64,000 nucleotides of DNA from Sandaracinaceae bacterium. GTDB taxonomy: Bacteria; Myxococcota_A; Polyangia; Polyangiales; Sandaracinaceae. The stretch spans positions 1-64,000 of the forward strand of contig JBGAQA010000003.1 in the NCBI GenBank assembly GCA_044220955.1, written 5' to 3'. The translations under genes and the position numbers were made by a program. This document shows positions 54,844 to 64,000 of this stretch, piece after piece; the first letter of the stretch is position 1; each line of letters opens with the position of its first letter. The notes beneath the pieces were generated by a model that saw nothing but the letters and a program-made list of their open reading frames with translations, had not been told where the DNA came from and searched no databases.

Positions 54844-55545
54844 GTGTCGAGCCCCGCAGCGCCCCGCGCCGGCTCGGGCGCGATGTTCGACCGCATCGCC
54901 GCCCGCTACGACCTGGTCAACCGGGTGATCTCGCTGGGGCTGGACCATGGATGGCGCGAGCGCGCGGTCCACGCCCTCGCGCTGGATCGGGGTGCCCGGG
55001 TGCTCGACCTCGCCACCGGCACGGGTGACCTCGCGATCGCGATCGCCACGCGACACCCCGACGCGCGCGTCGTCGGTCTCGATCCGTCGAACGGCATGCT
55101 CGACGTCGCGCGACGCAAGCGCGACGCGGCGGCGCTCTCCGAGCGCGTGGAGCTCGTCGGCGGCGACGCACAGCACCTCCCATTCGAGGACGCCACGTTC
55201 GACGGATCGACCATCGCGTTCGGCATCCGCAACGTCCCCGACCGCTCGCGCGCGCTCCGCGAGATGCGCCGCGTGCTGCGCCCAGGCGCTCGCGCCGTCG
55301 TCCTCGAGCTCGCGGAGCCCGAGGGCGTCCTCGGTCCGCTCGCGCGCTGGCACGTCCACCGCGTCGTCCCGACGCTCGGAGCGTGGCTTTCCGGCGCGCC
55401 CGAGTACGACTACCTCCAGCGCTCCATCGCGAGGTTCCCGCCGCCCGCGGCGTTCGCCGCGCTGATGACGGACGCCGGTTTCGCTCGCATCTCCTGGTCC
55501 AGCCTCACGTTCGGAGCAGCGACACTCTACGTGGGCATCCGATGA
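54844..55545 (+). CDS. menG: Demethylmenaquinone methyltransferase (MenG/UbiE)
   Basis: MFDRIAARYDLVN, LDLATGTGD, IAFGIRNV, EMRRVLRPG, YDYLQRSI. Confidence 0.92.
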   Translation: MSSPAAPRAGSGAMFDRIAARYDLVNRVISLGLDHGWRERAVHALALDRGARVLDLATGTGDLAIAIATRHPDARVVGLDPSNGMLDVARRKRDAAALSERVELVGGDAQHLPFEDATFDGSTIAFGIRNVPDRSRALREMRRVLRPGARAVVLELAEPEGVLGPLARWHVHRVVPTLGAWLSGAPEYDYLQRSIARFPPPAAFAALMTDAGFARISWSSLTFGAATLYVGIR

Positions 55546-56912
55546 TCGCCCTCGGCCCACCGGACTCGCTCGCCGCCGGCGAGGCGGTCGATCCGAGCGA
55601 GGCACGCGCCTTCTTGCGCGCGAGCCTCGGGCGACCGCGACGTAGGGCGACCGCCATCGTGATCCCTGCGCCCGTCGGAACACCGCTCGCGCTGCTCGAC
55701 CGGACGCGACGCGGCGACGCGTTCCACGTACACGACGAGCGCCGATCGTTCACCGCGCTCGGCGCGACGCGCTCGGCGCAGCTCGAAGGACCGGCGCGCT
55801 TCGCGGACGCGTCGCGACGCTACGAGACCGGACGCGACGAGCTCGAACTCGTCGTACACGAGCGGCGCGGCGAGCAGCTCCCGGCGTGGTTCTTCGGGTT
55901 CGCGTTCGCAGACGGGCGCGCCCGCGACCCCTGGGCGCCGCTGGGCGACGGCAGGCTGGTCCTGCCCCGCTGGCTGCACCGCGTCGAGCAGGGCACGGCA
56001 TCGCTCACGCTCACGATCGACCGGGACGAGCCCGCCGGCGCGGACCTCGCGCTCGCCGAGCTCGACGCCATCTGGGACGCGCTCGCCGAGCCGCCTTCGA
56101 GCCCCACGGCTCGGCCAGCATCAGCGCGACACGTGGACGAAGCGCGCTGGTCGAGCTCGATCGACGACGTTCGCGCTCGGATCGCCGCACAGGCCGTGGA
56201 GAAGGTCGTCGTCGCGCGTCGCTCCACGGTCCTCGCGGAGCGGGACATCGATCCGGTCCGGGTGCTGCGGCGTCTGGAGCGACCGGGCGCGACGCTCTTC
56301 TGCGTGCGACGTCGCGGCGTCGCGTTCGTCGGCGCGACCCCGGAGCGCCTCTTTCGCAAGCGCGCACGCTGCGTATCGACCGAGGCGGTCGCCGGAACGG
56401 TGTCGCTCGACCGAGATCCCTCGGGCCGCCGTCTGTTCGCGAGCACGAAGGATCTGCACGAGCACCAGCTCGTCGTGGACGGCATCGTGAGCGCGATGGC
56501 CGGACTGCGGGCCGACGTCGCGGTCGGTGCGCGCACGCTCCGGACCATCGGCGCGCTCGCGCACCTCTCCACGCCCATCGAGGCCCACCTCACGAGCGAG
56601 ACCTCCCCGTTCGAGATCCTCGACGCCCTGCATCCCACGCCGGCCGTCGGTGGCGCCCCGCGCGCCGCGGCGCTCGACTGGATCCGGCGCAACGAGCCGG
56701 ACCGCGGCTGGTACGCGGGGCCGCTCGGCTGGATCGACGCGCATGGCGACGCCGAGGCTCACGTGGCGCTGCGCTCCGCGTTGATCGTCGGGGCGCGCGC
56801 GTACGCCTACGCGGGGTGCGGCGTGGTGGCCGGCTCCGATCCCCACGCGGAGTACGTCGAGACCTCGCTCAAGCTCGAGCCGATGCTCGCGGCGCTCGGG
56901 GTCGGGCCGTGA
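55542..56912 (+). CDS. menF: Isochorismate synthase
   Basis: EKVVVAR, GATPERL, EAVAGT, KDLHEH, LHPTPAVGG, RGWYAG, AGCGVV..EYVET..K; ATGA overlap. Confidence 0.92.
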   Translation: MIALGPPDSLAAGEAVDPSEARAFLRASLGRPRRRATAIVIPAPVGTPLALLDRTRRGDAFHVHDERRSFTALGATRSAQLEGPARFADASRRYETGRDELELVVHERRGEQLPAWFFGFAFADGRARDPWAPLGDGRLVLPRWLHRVEQGTASLTLTIDRDEPAGADLALAELDAIWDALAEPPSSPTARPASARHVDEARWSSSIDDVRARIAAQAVEKVVVARRSTVLAERDIDPVRVLRRLERPGATLFCVRRRGVAFVGATPERLFRKRARCVSTEAVAGTVSLDRDPSGRRLFASTKDLHEHQLVVDGIVSAMAGLRADVAVGARTLRTIGALAHLSTPIEAHLTSETSPFEILDALHPTPAVGGAPRAAALDWIRRNEPDRGWYAGPLGWIDAHGDAEAHVALRSALIVGARAYAYAGCGVVAGSDPHAEYVETSLKLEPMLAALGVGP

Positions 56913-58663
56913 TCGACGCCCCCGCCAACCTGCTGACGGTGTGGGCGCGACTGGTGGCGGCAAGCCTCGTCTCCGCGCGTGTGCGTGACGTCGTCGTCAG
57001 CCCCGGCTCCCGCTCGACGCCGTTCGTGCTCGCGCTGCGTGAGCGCGCTGAGCTGCGGCTCACGAGCGTGATCGACGAGCGCTCGGCGGCGTTCGTCGCG
57101 CTCGGAATGGCGCGTTCGAGCGGGCGCGCGGCAGCGGTGCTGGCAACCTCCGGCACGGCGCCGGCACACTGGCTGCCCGCGGTCATCGAAGCCTCGCTCG
57201 CGCACCTGCCGCTCGTGCTGCTCTCCGCCAACCGCCCCGTCGCCCTCGCGCAGACCGGCGCGGCGCAGACGATCGATCAGACCAAGCTCTTCGGCTCCTA
57301 CGTTCGGTTCTTCGCGGACCTCGGCGACCCAGGGCCGGACGAGGCCGCTCTGTCGGGCCTGGCGCGGACGATCGGACAGGCCGTCGCGATCGCGAACGGG
57401 CACCCCAGCGGACCGGTGCACCTCGATCTCCACGCCGACAAGCCTCTCGAGCCCGTCGAGCCTCGATCCGTCGAGGAGCTCGCCCTCGCCGCGCGGGCCC
57501 GGGCGGTCGCCGCGCGCGGCGTCACCCAGGTGAGCGGCGGCTCGACCGGGGCCGACGACGCCTTCGCGACGGTCCTCGCCGCGGCGCTCGGCAGAGCGCG
57601 GCGACCGCTGGTGCTCGCGGGGCCGCGTCGCACGTCGGGGGACGAGGCCCTTCTTCTTGAGGCGTGTGCCGGCGCGCGGCTGCCCGTCGCGCCGGAGGCC
57701 ACCAGCCAGCTCCGCTTCGCGGGGGTTCGCTCGCTCGCGCTCGAGGCGACCGAGCTGACCTTCTCGAGCGCGCGCTTCGCCACCGAGCACGCGCCCGACT
57801 GCCTGCTCCAGATCGGTGCGCTGCCGACGGCACCGACCCTCGAGCGCGCCTGGTCACACGTGCCGCGTTTCGTCCTGGACGCGGGTGGGGTGCACGACCC
57901 GATCGGCGGGGCGCTCGCGATCTCGCTCGGACCGGCCACCGCGACGCTCCTCACGGCCCTCGAGCGGGCGAGGCCGCAGACCGACGAGGCCTGGCTCTCG
58001 TCCCTGCTCCGCGGCGAGAGCTGCGCGTGGGCAGAGGTCGAGCGCGCGCTCGCTTCGCCACGGACCGAAGGTGCGATCGTGCGCTCGGCGCTCGGCGCGG
58101 CGCCGCGCGCCACGCTGGTGATCGGCAACAGCCTGCCGATCCGGACGCTCGACCGGTTCGTCCCGGGCGGCGGGGCCCGCAGAGTCGTCTTGTGCCAGCG
58201 CGGGGCCAACGGGATCGACGGCCTGGTGTCCGGCGCGGTCGGCGCGGCGATCGCAGGCGACGAGACCGTCCTGGCGGTCGTCGGAGACGTCTCGTTCCTG
58301 CACGACCTCAACGCGCTCGCCACCGCCAGGACGCTGGCCCGGGCGCTGGTGGTGGTGATCGTCGACAACGGGGGAGGGCGGATCTTCGAGGGCCTGCCGA
58401 TCGCGCGCGATCCCGCGCTCGAGGGCGCGATGGCGCTCTTCACGACGCCCCACGGCGTCGACCTCGCTGCGGCGAGTCGTGCGTTCGGGGTCGCGTGCAC
58501 GGAGACGGACACCGCGCGCGATACGGCACGCGCCGTGGCGAACGCGATCACTCGGCCCCAGGTCACGATCGTTCGTGCGCGCGTGGCGGACGGCGACGCG
58601 GCGCGCACGTTCCCCGCCCTGATCGCTGCTTTCGAGCGGGCCTTCTACGGAGCGCCGACGTGA
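56909..58663 (+). CDS. menD: SEPHCHC synthase
   Basis: [51 protein letters not shown]. Confidence 0.95.
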   Translation: MIDAPANLLTVWARLVAASLVSARVRDVVVSPGSRSTPFVLALRERAELRLTSVIDERSAAFVALGMARSSGRAAAVLATSGTAPAHWLPAVIEASLAHLPLVLLSANRPVALAQTGAAQTIDQTKLFGSYVRFFADLGDPGPDEAALSGLARTIGQAVAIANGHPSGPVHLDLHADKPLEPVEPRSVEELALAARARAVAARGVTQVSGGSTGADDAFATVLAAALGRARRPLVLAGPRRTSGDEALLLEACAGARLPVAPEATSQLRFAGVRSLALEATELTFSSARFATEHAPDCLLQIGALPTAPTLERAWSHVPRFVLDAGGVHDPIGGALAISLGPATATLLTALERARPQTDEAWLSSLLRGESCAWAEVERALASPRTEGAIVRSALGAAPRATLVIGNSLPIRTLDRFVPGGGARRVVLCQRGANGIDGLVSGAVGAAIAGDETVLAVVGDVSFLHDLNALATARTLARALVVVIVDNGGGRIFEGLPIARDPALEGAMALFTTPHGVDLAAASRAFGVACTETDTARDTARAVANAITRPQVTIVRARVADGDAARTFPALIAAFERAFYGAPT

Positions 58664-59414
58664 CGCTCGTCTTGTTGCACGGGTTCCTCGGGCTGCCGGA
58701 CAGCTGGAACGAGGTGGTCGCGTGGCTCGGAGCGCGGGAGCGCGTGCTGCGTCCTGCGCTCCTCGGTCACGGCGCCGGGCCCTGGGAGACCCTGCCCGGA
58801 TCGTTCGACGCGGAGGTCGAGCGAATCGCGACGCGGATGGCGGTCGACGGAGAGCGCGCGGCGCATCTGGTCGGGTACTCGATGGGCGCGCGCGTCGCCC
58901 TCGTCCTGGCCGCGAGACATCCGGAGCTGGTCTCCCGGCTCACGTTGATCAGCGGCACCGCCGGTCTCGACGACGACGACGAGCGGCGCGCGCGCGCGAT
59001 CGCCGACGACCGGCTCGCGAGCGAGATGCGAGAGCTCGGCTTGCCCGCGTTCGTGCGTGCGTGGGAGGCGCTGCCGCTCTTCGCAACGCAGCAGCGGCTC
59101 GCGCCAGGCGCTCGGGCGCGGCACCGTGCTCGCCGCCTCGCGCACCGCGAGGACCGGGTCGCCCGCGCGCTCGAGACGCTCTCGCCCGGGCGGATGCCCG
59201 TGATGACGAAGCTCCTCGGGGCGATCGAGCCGCCCGTCACGCTCGTCGCGGGCTCCCTGGACCCGAAATTCACCGGTATCGCGCGCGCGATCGCGCCGCT
59301 CTTCGCCCGCGCCCGCGTCCGCATCGTGGACGGCGCCGGCCACGACCCATGCCTCGAGCGCCCCCGGGAGCTCGCGGCCCTGCTTTCCGACAACCCGTTC
59401 ACGGAGATCTCCCC

Positions 59415-59418
<4 letters not shown>
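58660..59418 (+). CDS. menH: SHCHC synthase (alpha/beta hydrolase)
   Basis: LHGFLG, GYSMGAR, PLFATQ, GSLDPKF, AGH; operon context. Confidence 0.88.
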
Positions 59419-60244
<826 letters not shown>

Positions 60245-60248
<4 letters not shown>

Positions 60249-61120
60249 CGAGCGTGGCGCTCCTCGTCCGTGCCGCACGGCCGCAGACGCTCCCCGCCGG
60301 CCTCGTTCCCGTCCTGGTCGGGACGGCGGTCGCGCACCACGCCGGTCGCGCCGACCTCGGGGTCGCGGGCGTCGCGCTCGCGAGCGCGCTCTTCATCCAG
60401 GTCGGCGCCAACTACGCGAACGACGTGTTCGACGCCGAGAAGGGCGCGGACGGACCGGACCGCGTGGGACCGGTTCGCGTGGTGGCTGCGGGCCTCGTCT
60501 CCGCCGGCGCGATGCGCGCGGCGATGTGGGCGAGCTTCGCGTTCGCGACGCTGCTCGGCGCATTCCTCGTGGCGAGGGTGGGCTGGCCCGTGCTCGCGGT
60601 CGGCGTCGCGTCGATCCTCGCTGCGCTGGCATACACGGGCGGTCCCTTCCCGCTCGGCTACCACGGGCTCGGGGATCTCTTCGTGATGGTGTTCTTCGGC
60701 CTGGTGGCCGTCGTCGGCACGGTCTTCGTCGAGGCGCGCGTGGTGACGCCGCTCGCGTGGCTCGCGTCGCTGCCCGTCGGAGCCCTCTCGACCGCGATCC
60801 TCGTGGTGAACAACGTGCGCGACCGGGAGACCGATGCGCGCGCCGGCAAGCGAACGTTGGCCGTCCGTCTCGGAAAGCGGGGTGGCCTGGTGGAGCAGGC
60901 GCTGCTCTACGCGACGGCGTTCGGCGCCGTGATCGGCACGGCGTCCTGGCTCGCCTCTCCCTGGCCCCTGCTCCCTCTCGTGACGGCGCCCTGGGTCCTC
61001 GCGGCGTGGCGGGCGCTTCGCGATCGCGAGGGCGCGCGGCTCAACGAGACGCTCGCCGCCACGGCGCGACTGCTGCTGTCGTTCGGCGCGCTCTACGCGC
61101 TCGGGATCGGGCTGGCGTGA
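60245..61120 (+). CDS. menA: 1,4-dihydroxy-2-naphthoate polyprenyltransferase
   Basis: [46 protein letters not shown]. Confidence 0.95.
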
Positions 61121-61962
61121 TCACCCTCGTCCCCATCGAGCACCCCTCGCGCGGTCGCCGCGGCGTGGTCCTGCGGCGGGGCGCCCATCTCGGGGAGGCC
61201 TCACCGTTGGCCGGACGCTCGCGCGAGACGTACGAAGACGTCCTCGAGGCGCTCGCCCGCGGCGAGGTGACGCTGCCCTCGGTCGAGTTCGCGAGCTGGA
61301 CGCTCGACGCGCGCATCGAGCGCACCTCCCTCGCTTCGCACGCGCTGCTCGAGAGCGCGGCGAGCGCGATCTCCGTTCTGCGAGGCAGGGTCGCTCCCGC
61401 GGCGCTCAAGCTCAAGCTGCGGGCGCGCCAGGACGCCGACGTGCTCGCCGAGATCCGCGCCCTCGCGCCGCGCGCGCGGCTCCGGGTCGACGCCAACCGC
61501 GCCTTCGCGCGCGAGGGCGACGTGCCCTGGGACGCGCTCGTGCGCTCCGGGGTCGAGTGGATCGAGGAGCCTTGCCCGGATGCGGGCTCGCTCGTCGGCA
61601 CCCCCGTGCCGATCGCGCTCGACGAGTCGGTCGAGGAGGACGCCGCGCGCGCGCTCGAGGCCGTCGCCGACGGCCGCGCCGCGGCGCTCGTGCTGAAGCC
61701 GATGCTCCTCGGCGCCCGAGAGACGCTCCGCATCGGACGGGCGTGCAAGGATCTCGGCGGGCGAGTCGTCGTCTCGCACACGTTCGAGAGCGAGATCGGG
61801 CGGCGCGGCGCCGAGCAGCTCGCTCGGCGGCTCGACCCGGCGGAGATCCACGGCCTCGGACGCTGGGACGGGATCGACGGCTATCGCCTCGCGCTCGGCC
61901 TCACCCCGCTCGAGTCGCTGCTCGACCCGGGAGACCGGCATGCCGATCCCGCGCTGGGCTGA
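61117..61962 (+). CDS. menC: o-succinylbenzoate synthase (short enolase-superfamily form)
   Basis: GEASPL, KLK, RVDAN, IEEP, ALDES, VLKPM, SHTFES; GTGA overlap. Confidence 0.88.
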   Translation: MITLVPIEHPSRGRRGVVLRRGAHLGEASPLAGRSRETYEDVLEALARGEVTLPSVEFASWTLDARIERTSLASHALLESAASAISVLRGRVAPAALKLKLRARQDADVLAEIRALAPRARLRVDANRAFAREGDVPWDALVRSGVEWIEEPCPDAGSLVGTPVPIALDESVEEDAARALEAVADGRAAALVLKPMLLGARETLRIGRACKDLGGRVVVSHTFESEIGRRGAEQLARRLDPAEIHGLGRWDGIDGYRLALGLTPLESLLDPGDRHADPALG

Positions 61963-63238
61963 GCGCGCTCGGCTCACGCCCCACGCGCCCGCGATCGTGA
62001 CGCGGGAGACGACGTGGACGTGCGCGGACGTCGCGAGCGCGATCGCCGCCCGTGCGGCGTCCCTGCGCGGCGACCGACCCCTCACGCTCGACGGCGGCGT
62101 CTCGATCGAGACGACCCTCGACCTGCTCGCCGCGATCGAGGCGCGCATCCCCGTGGTGATGAACCACCCGCGCTGGACGCAGGCCGAGCGCGAGGCCGTT
62201 CGCGCCCGCCTGGCAGGGTCACACCCGCCCGATACCGTGCTGGCCGTGCTGGCCACGTCGGGGACGACCGGAATCCCCAAGCTCGCGGTGCTCTCGCGCC
62301 GCGCGTTCGCGGCGGCCGCGAACGCCAGCGCCCTGCACCTGGGCGCTTCTGCCGAGGATCGATGGCTGCTCGCGATGCCGCTCGCGCACGTCGGCGGCCT
62401 CGGGGTCGTCGTCCGATCGCTCGTCCAGTGCACGCCCTTGGTCTTGCACGACGGCGACCCGTGCGGGTGGATCCCCCTCGCGCGCAGTGCCCGCGTCACG
62501 CACGTCTCGCTCGTGCCGACGCTGCTGGCGCGCCTGCTCGACCGAGGCGAGGCGCTCCCGCCCTCGGTCCGCGTGCTGCTCGTCGGCGGCGCGGCATGCC
62601 CGGAGAGCGTGCTCGCGCGCGCGCTCGGCGCGGGGCTGCCGGTCCGGCCGACCTACGGTCTGACCGAGACCTGCGGGCAGGTGGCCACCGCGACGGGCGA
62701 TCCACGAGCGCTGGTTCCGCTCCCCGGGGTCGACGTCCGCGTCGAGGGAGGCACGATCCGCGTGCGGTCGGCCTCCGCGATGGATGGCTGGGTCGACGAG
62801 GCGGCGACTCCATTCGACGCGGACGGCTTCTACGACACCGGCGACCTGGGCGAGCTCGACGCGCGCGGCCGGCTCCACGTCCACGCGCGCCGGACCGACC
62901 TCGTGGTGAGCGGCGGCGAGAACGTCTACCCGCGCGAGGTCGAGGAGGCTCTCGAGCGCATCCCGGGCATTCGCGCCGCCTGCGTGTTCGGCGTGCCCGA
63001 TCCCGAGTGGGGCCAGCGCGTGGCGGCCGCCATCGTCACGGAGCCGAGCGCTCCGAGCGACGACGCGATCATCGCGAGGGCACGAGTCACGTTGGCCGGC
63101 TTCAAGCTCCCGCGCCTGCTCGCGCGGCTCGACACGCTCGCGATCGCCGAGTCAGGCAAGCTCGACCGGCGCAGGACGGCCGCCCGCGCGCTCACGCACC
63201 TGCGATCGGCCGGACGGAAGGAAGAAGGCGGCCGGTGA
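61940..63238 (+). CDS. menE: o-succinylbenzoate-CoA ligase
   Basis: TSGTTGIPK, HVGG, TYGLTE, TGDLG, SGGENVYPREVE, SGKLDR. Confidence 0.92.
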   Translation: MPIPRWAERARLTPHAPAIVTRETTWTCADVASAIAARAASLRGDRPLTLDGGVSIETTLDLLAAIEARIPVVMNHPRWTQAEREAVRARLAGSHPPDTVLAVLATSGTTGIPKLAVLSRRAFAAAANASALHLGASAEDRWLLAMPLAHVGGLGVVVRSLVQCTPLVLHDGDPCGWIPLARSARVTHVSLVPTLLARLLDRGEALPPSVRVLLVGGAACPESVLARALGAGLPVRPTYGLTETCGQVATATGDPRALVPLPGVDVRVEGGTIRVRSASAMDGWVDEAATPFDADGFYDTGDLGELDARGRLHVHARRTDLVVSGGENVYPREVEEALERIPGIRAACVFGVPDPEWGQRVAAAIVTEPSAPSDDAIIARARVTLAGFKLPRLLARLDTLAIAESGKLDRRRTAARALTHLRSAGRKEEGGR

Positions 63239-63268
63239 CCGCCTCCTCGCCCGCCCCAAGGGTCGCTC

Positions 63269-64000
63269 TCAGACGTCCGCGAACTCTTCGCGGGACTTCT
63301 TCTTGCCGTTCTTGTGCCCGTTCACGTCGCCCTTCGCCCTGCCCTTGAGCAATCGGTCGCGGAGCTCCTCGGCGCGGTCCGTGCGCTCCCAGGTGAAGCC
63401 GTTCTTGACGTCTTCCTTGGCGGGGTTGCGGCCGAAGTGGCCGTACGCCGCGGTCGGGCGGTAGATCGGGCGGAGCAGATCGAGCGTCTCGATCAGCGCG
63501 CGCGGGCGGAAGTCGAACATGTCGATGACGGCCGCGGCGATCTTCTCGTCCGCGACCTTGCCGGTGCCGAACGTCGAGACGTAGACGCCCATCGGCTTGG
63601 CGACGCCGATCGCGTACGCGACCTGCACCTCGCACTTCGTCGCGACGCCGCTCGCGACGACGTTCTTCGCGACGTAGCGCGCGAAGTACGCCGCGGAGCG
63701 ATCGACCTTGCTCGGATCCTTGCCACTGAAGGCGCCGCCGCCGTGACGGCCCATGCCGCCGTAGGTGTCGACGATGATCTTGCGGCCCGTCAGGCCGGCA
63801 TCGCCGACCGGTCCACCGATCACGAAGCGCCCCGTGGGGTTCGTGTAGATCTTGGTGTTCTTGTCGATCATGTCCTTCGGACAGACCTTGAAGATCACCT
63901 CGTCCATGAGCGCTTCGCGGATCTTCTTCTGCTTCGCGTCCGGGTGGTGCTGGGTGCTCACCACGATCGCGTCGAGGCGCACGGGCTTGTCGTCCTCGTA
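63269..64000 (-). CDS. metK: S-adenosylmethionine synthetase, 3' part (5' end beyond window)
   Basis: [57 protein letters not shown]. Confidence 0.97.
   Translation of the reverse strand, partial: YEDDKPVRLDAIVVSTQHHPDAKQKKIREALMDEVIFKVCPKDMIDKNTKIYTNPTGRFVIGGPVGDAGLTGRKIIVDTYGGMGRHGGGAFSGKDPSKVDRSAAYFARYVAKNVVASGVATKCEVQVAYAIGVAKPMGVYVSTFGTGKVADEKIAAAVIDMFDFRPRALIETLDLLRPIYRPTAAYGHFGRNPAKEDVKNGFTWERTDRAEELRDRLLKGRAKGDVNGHKNGKKKSREEFADV

Overview
Very GC-rich, gene-dense bacterial chromosomal window. It most likely comes from a myxobacterium (Myxococcota, Polyangiales/Sandaracinaceae-like). That is an inference from a MYXO-CTERM protein, an AgmX/PglI (GltG-like) TonB protein, a TPR-PEGA protein, a Hanks kinase and many lipoproteins. 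I can support about 59 CDS and one tRNA-Ala(GGC). I see no rRNA, CRISPR, prophage or IS. Housekeeping content includes msrA, aguB, a Rep/UvrD helicase, uppS-cdsA, bioF, a classical menaquinone operon (prenyl synthase-menG-F-D-H-B-A-C-E) and the 3' part of metK. Two parS-like palindromes at 50333-50374 suggest the window is near the origin. Most interesting: (1) an unannotated ~200-nt structured RNA candidate (21438-21641, minus) with a sigma54 promoter, twin C-UCCG-G hairpins and a terminator; (2) a tandem PruR-like Cys-less SUOX-fold lipoprotein coupled to a HAMP adenylate cyclase, a candidate pterin-sensing cAMP module; (3) repeated TANNNT boxes directly upstream of start codons, suggesting leaderless mRNAs; (4) a MoxR-DUF58-BatA-vWA operon ending in a P-domain lipoprotein; (5) a His-rich COG0523 GTPase paired with a WD40 protein. 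All family calls come from motif recognition by eye, not from database searches. Start codons are my best estimates.
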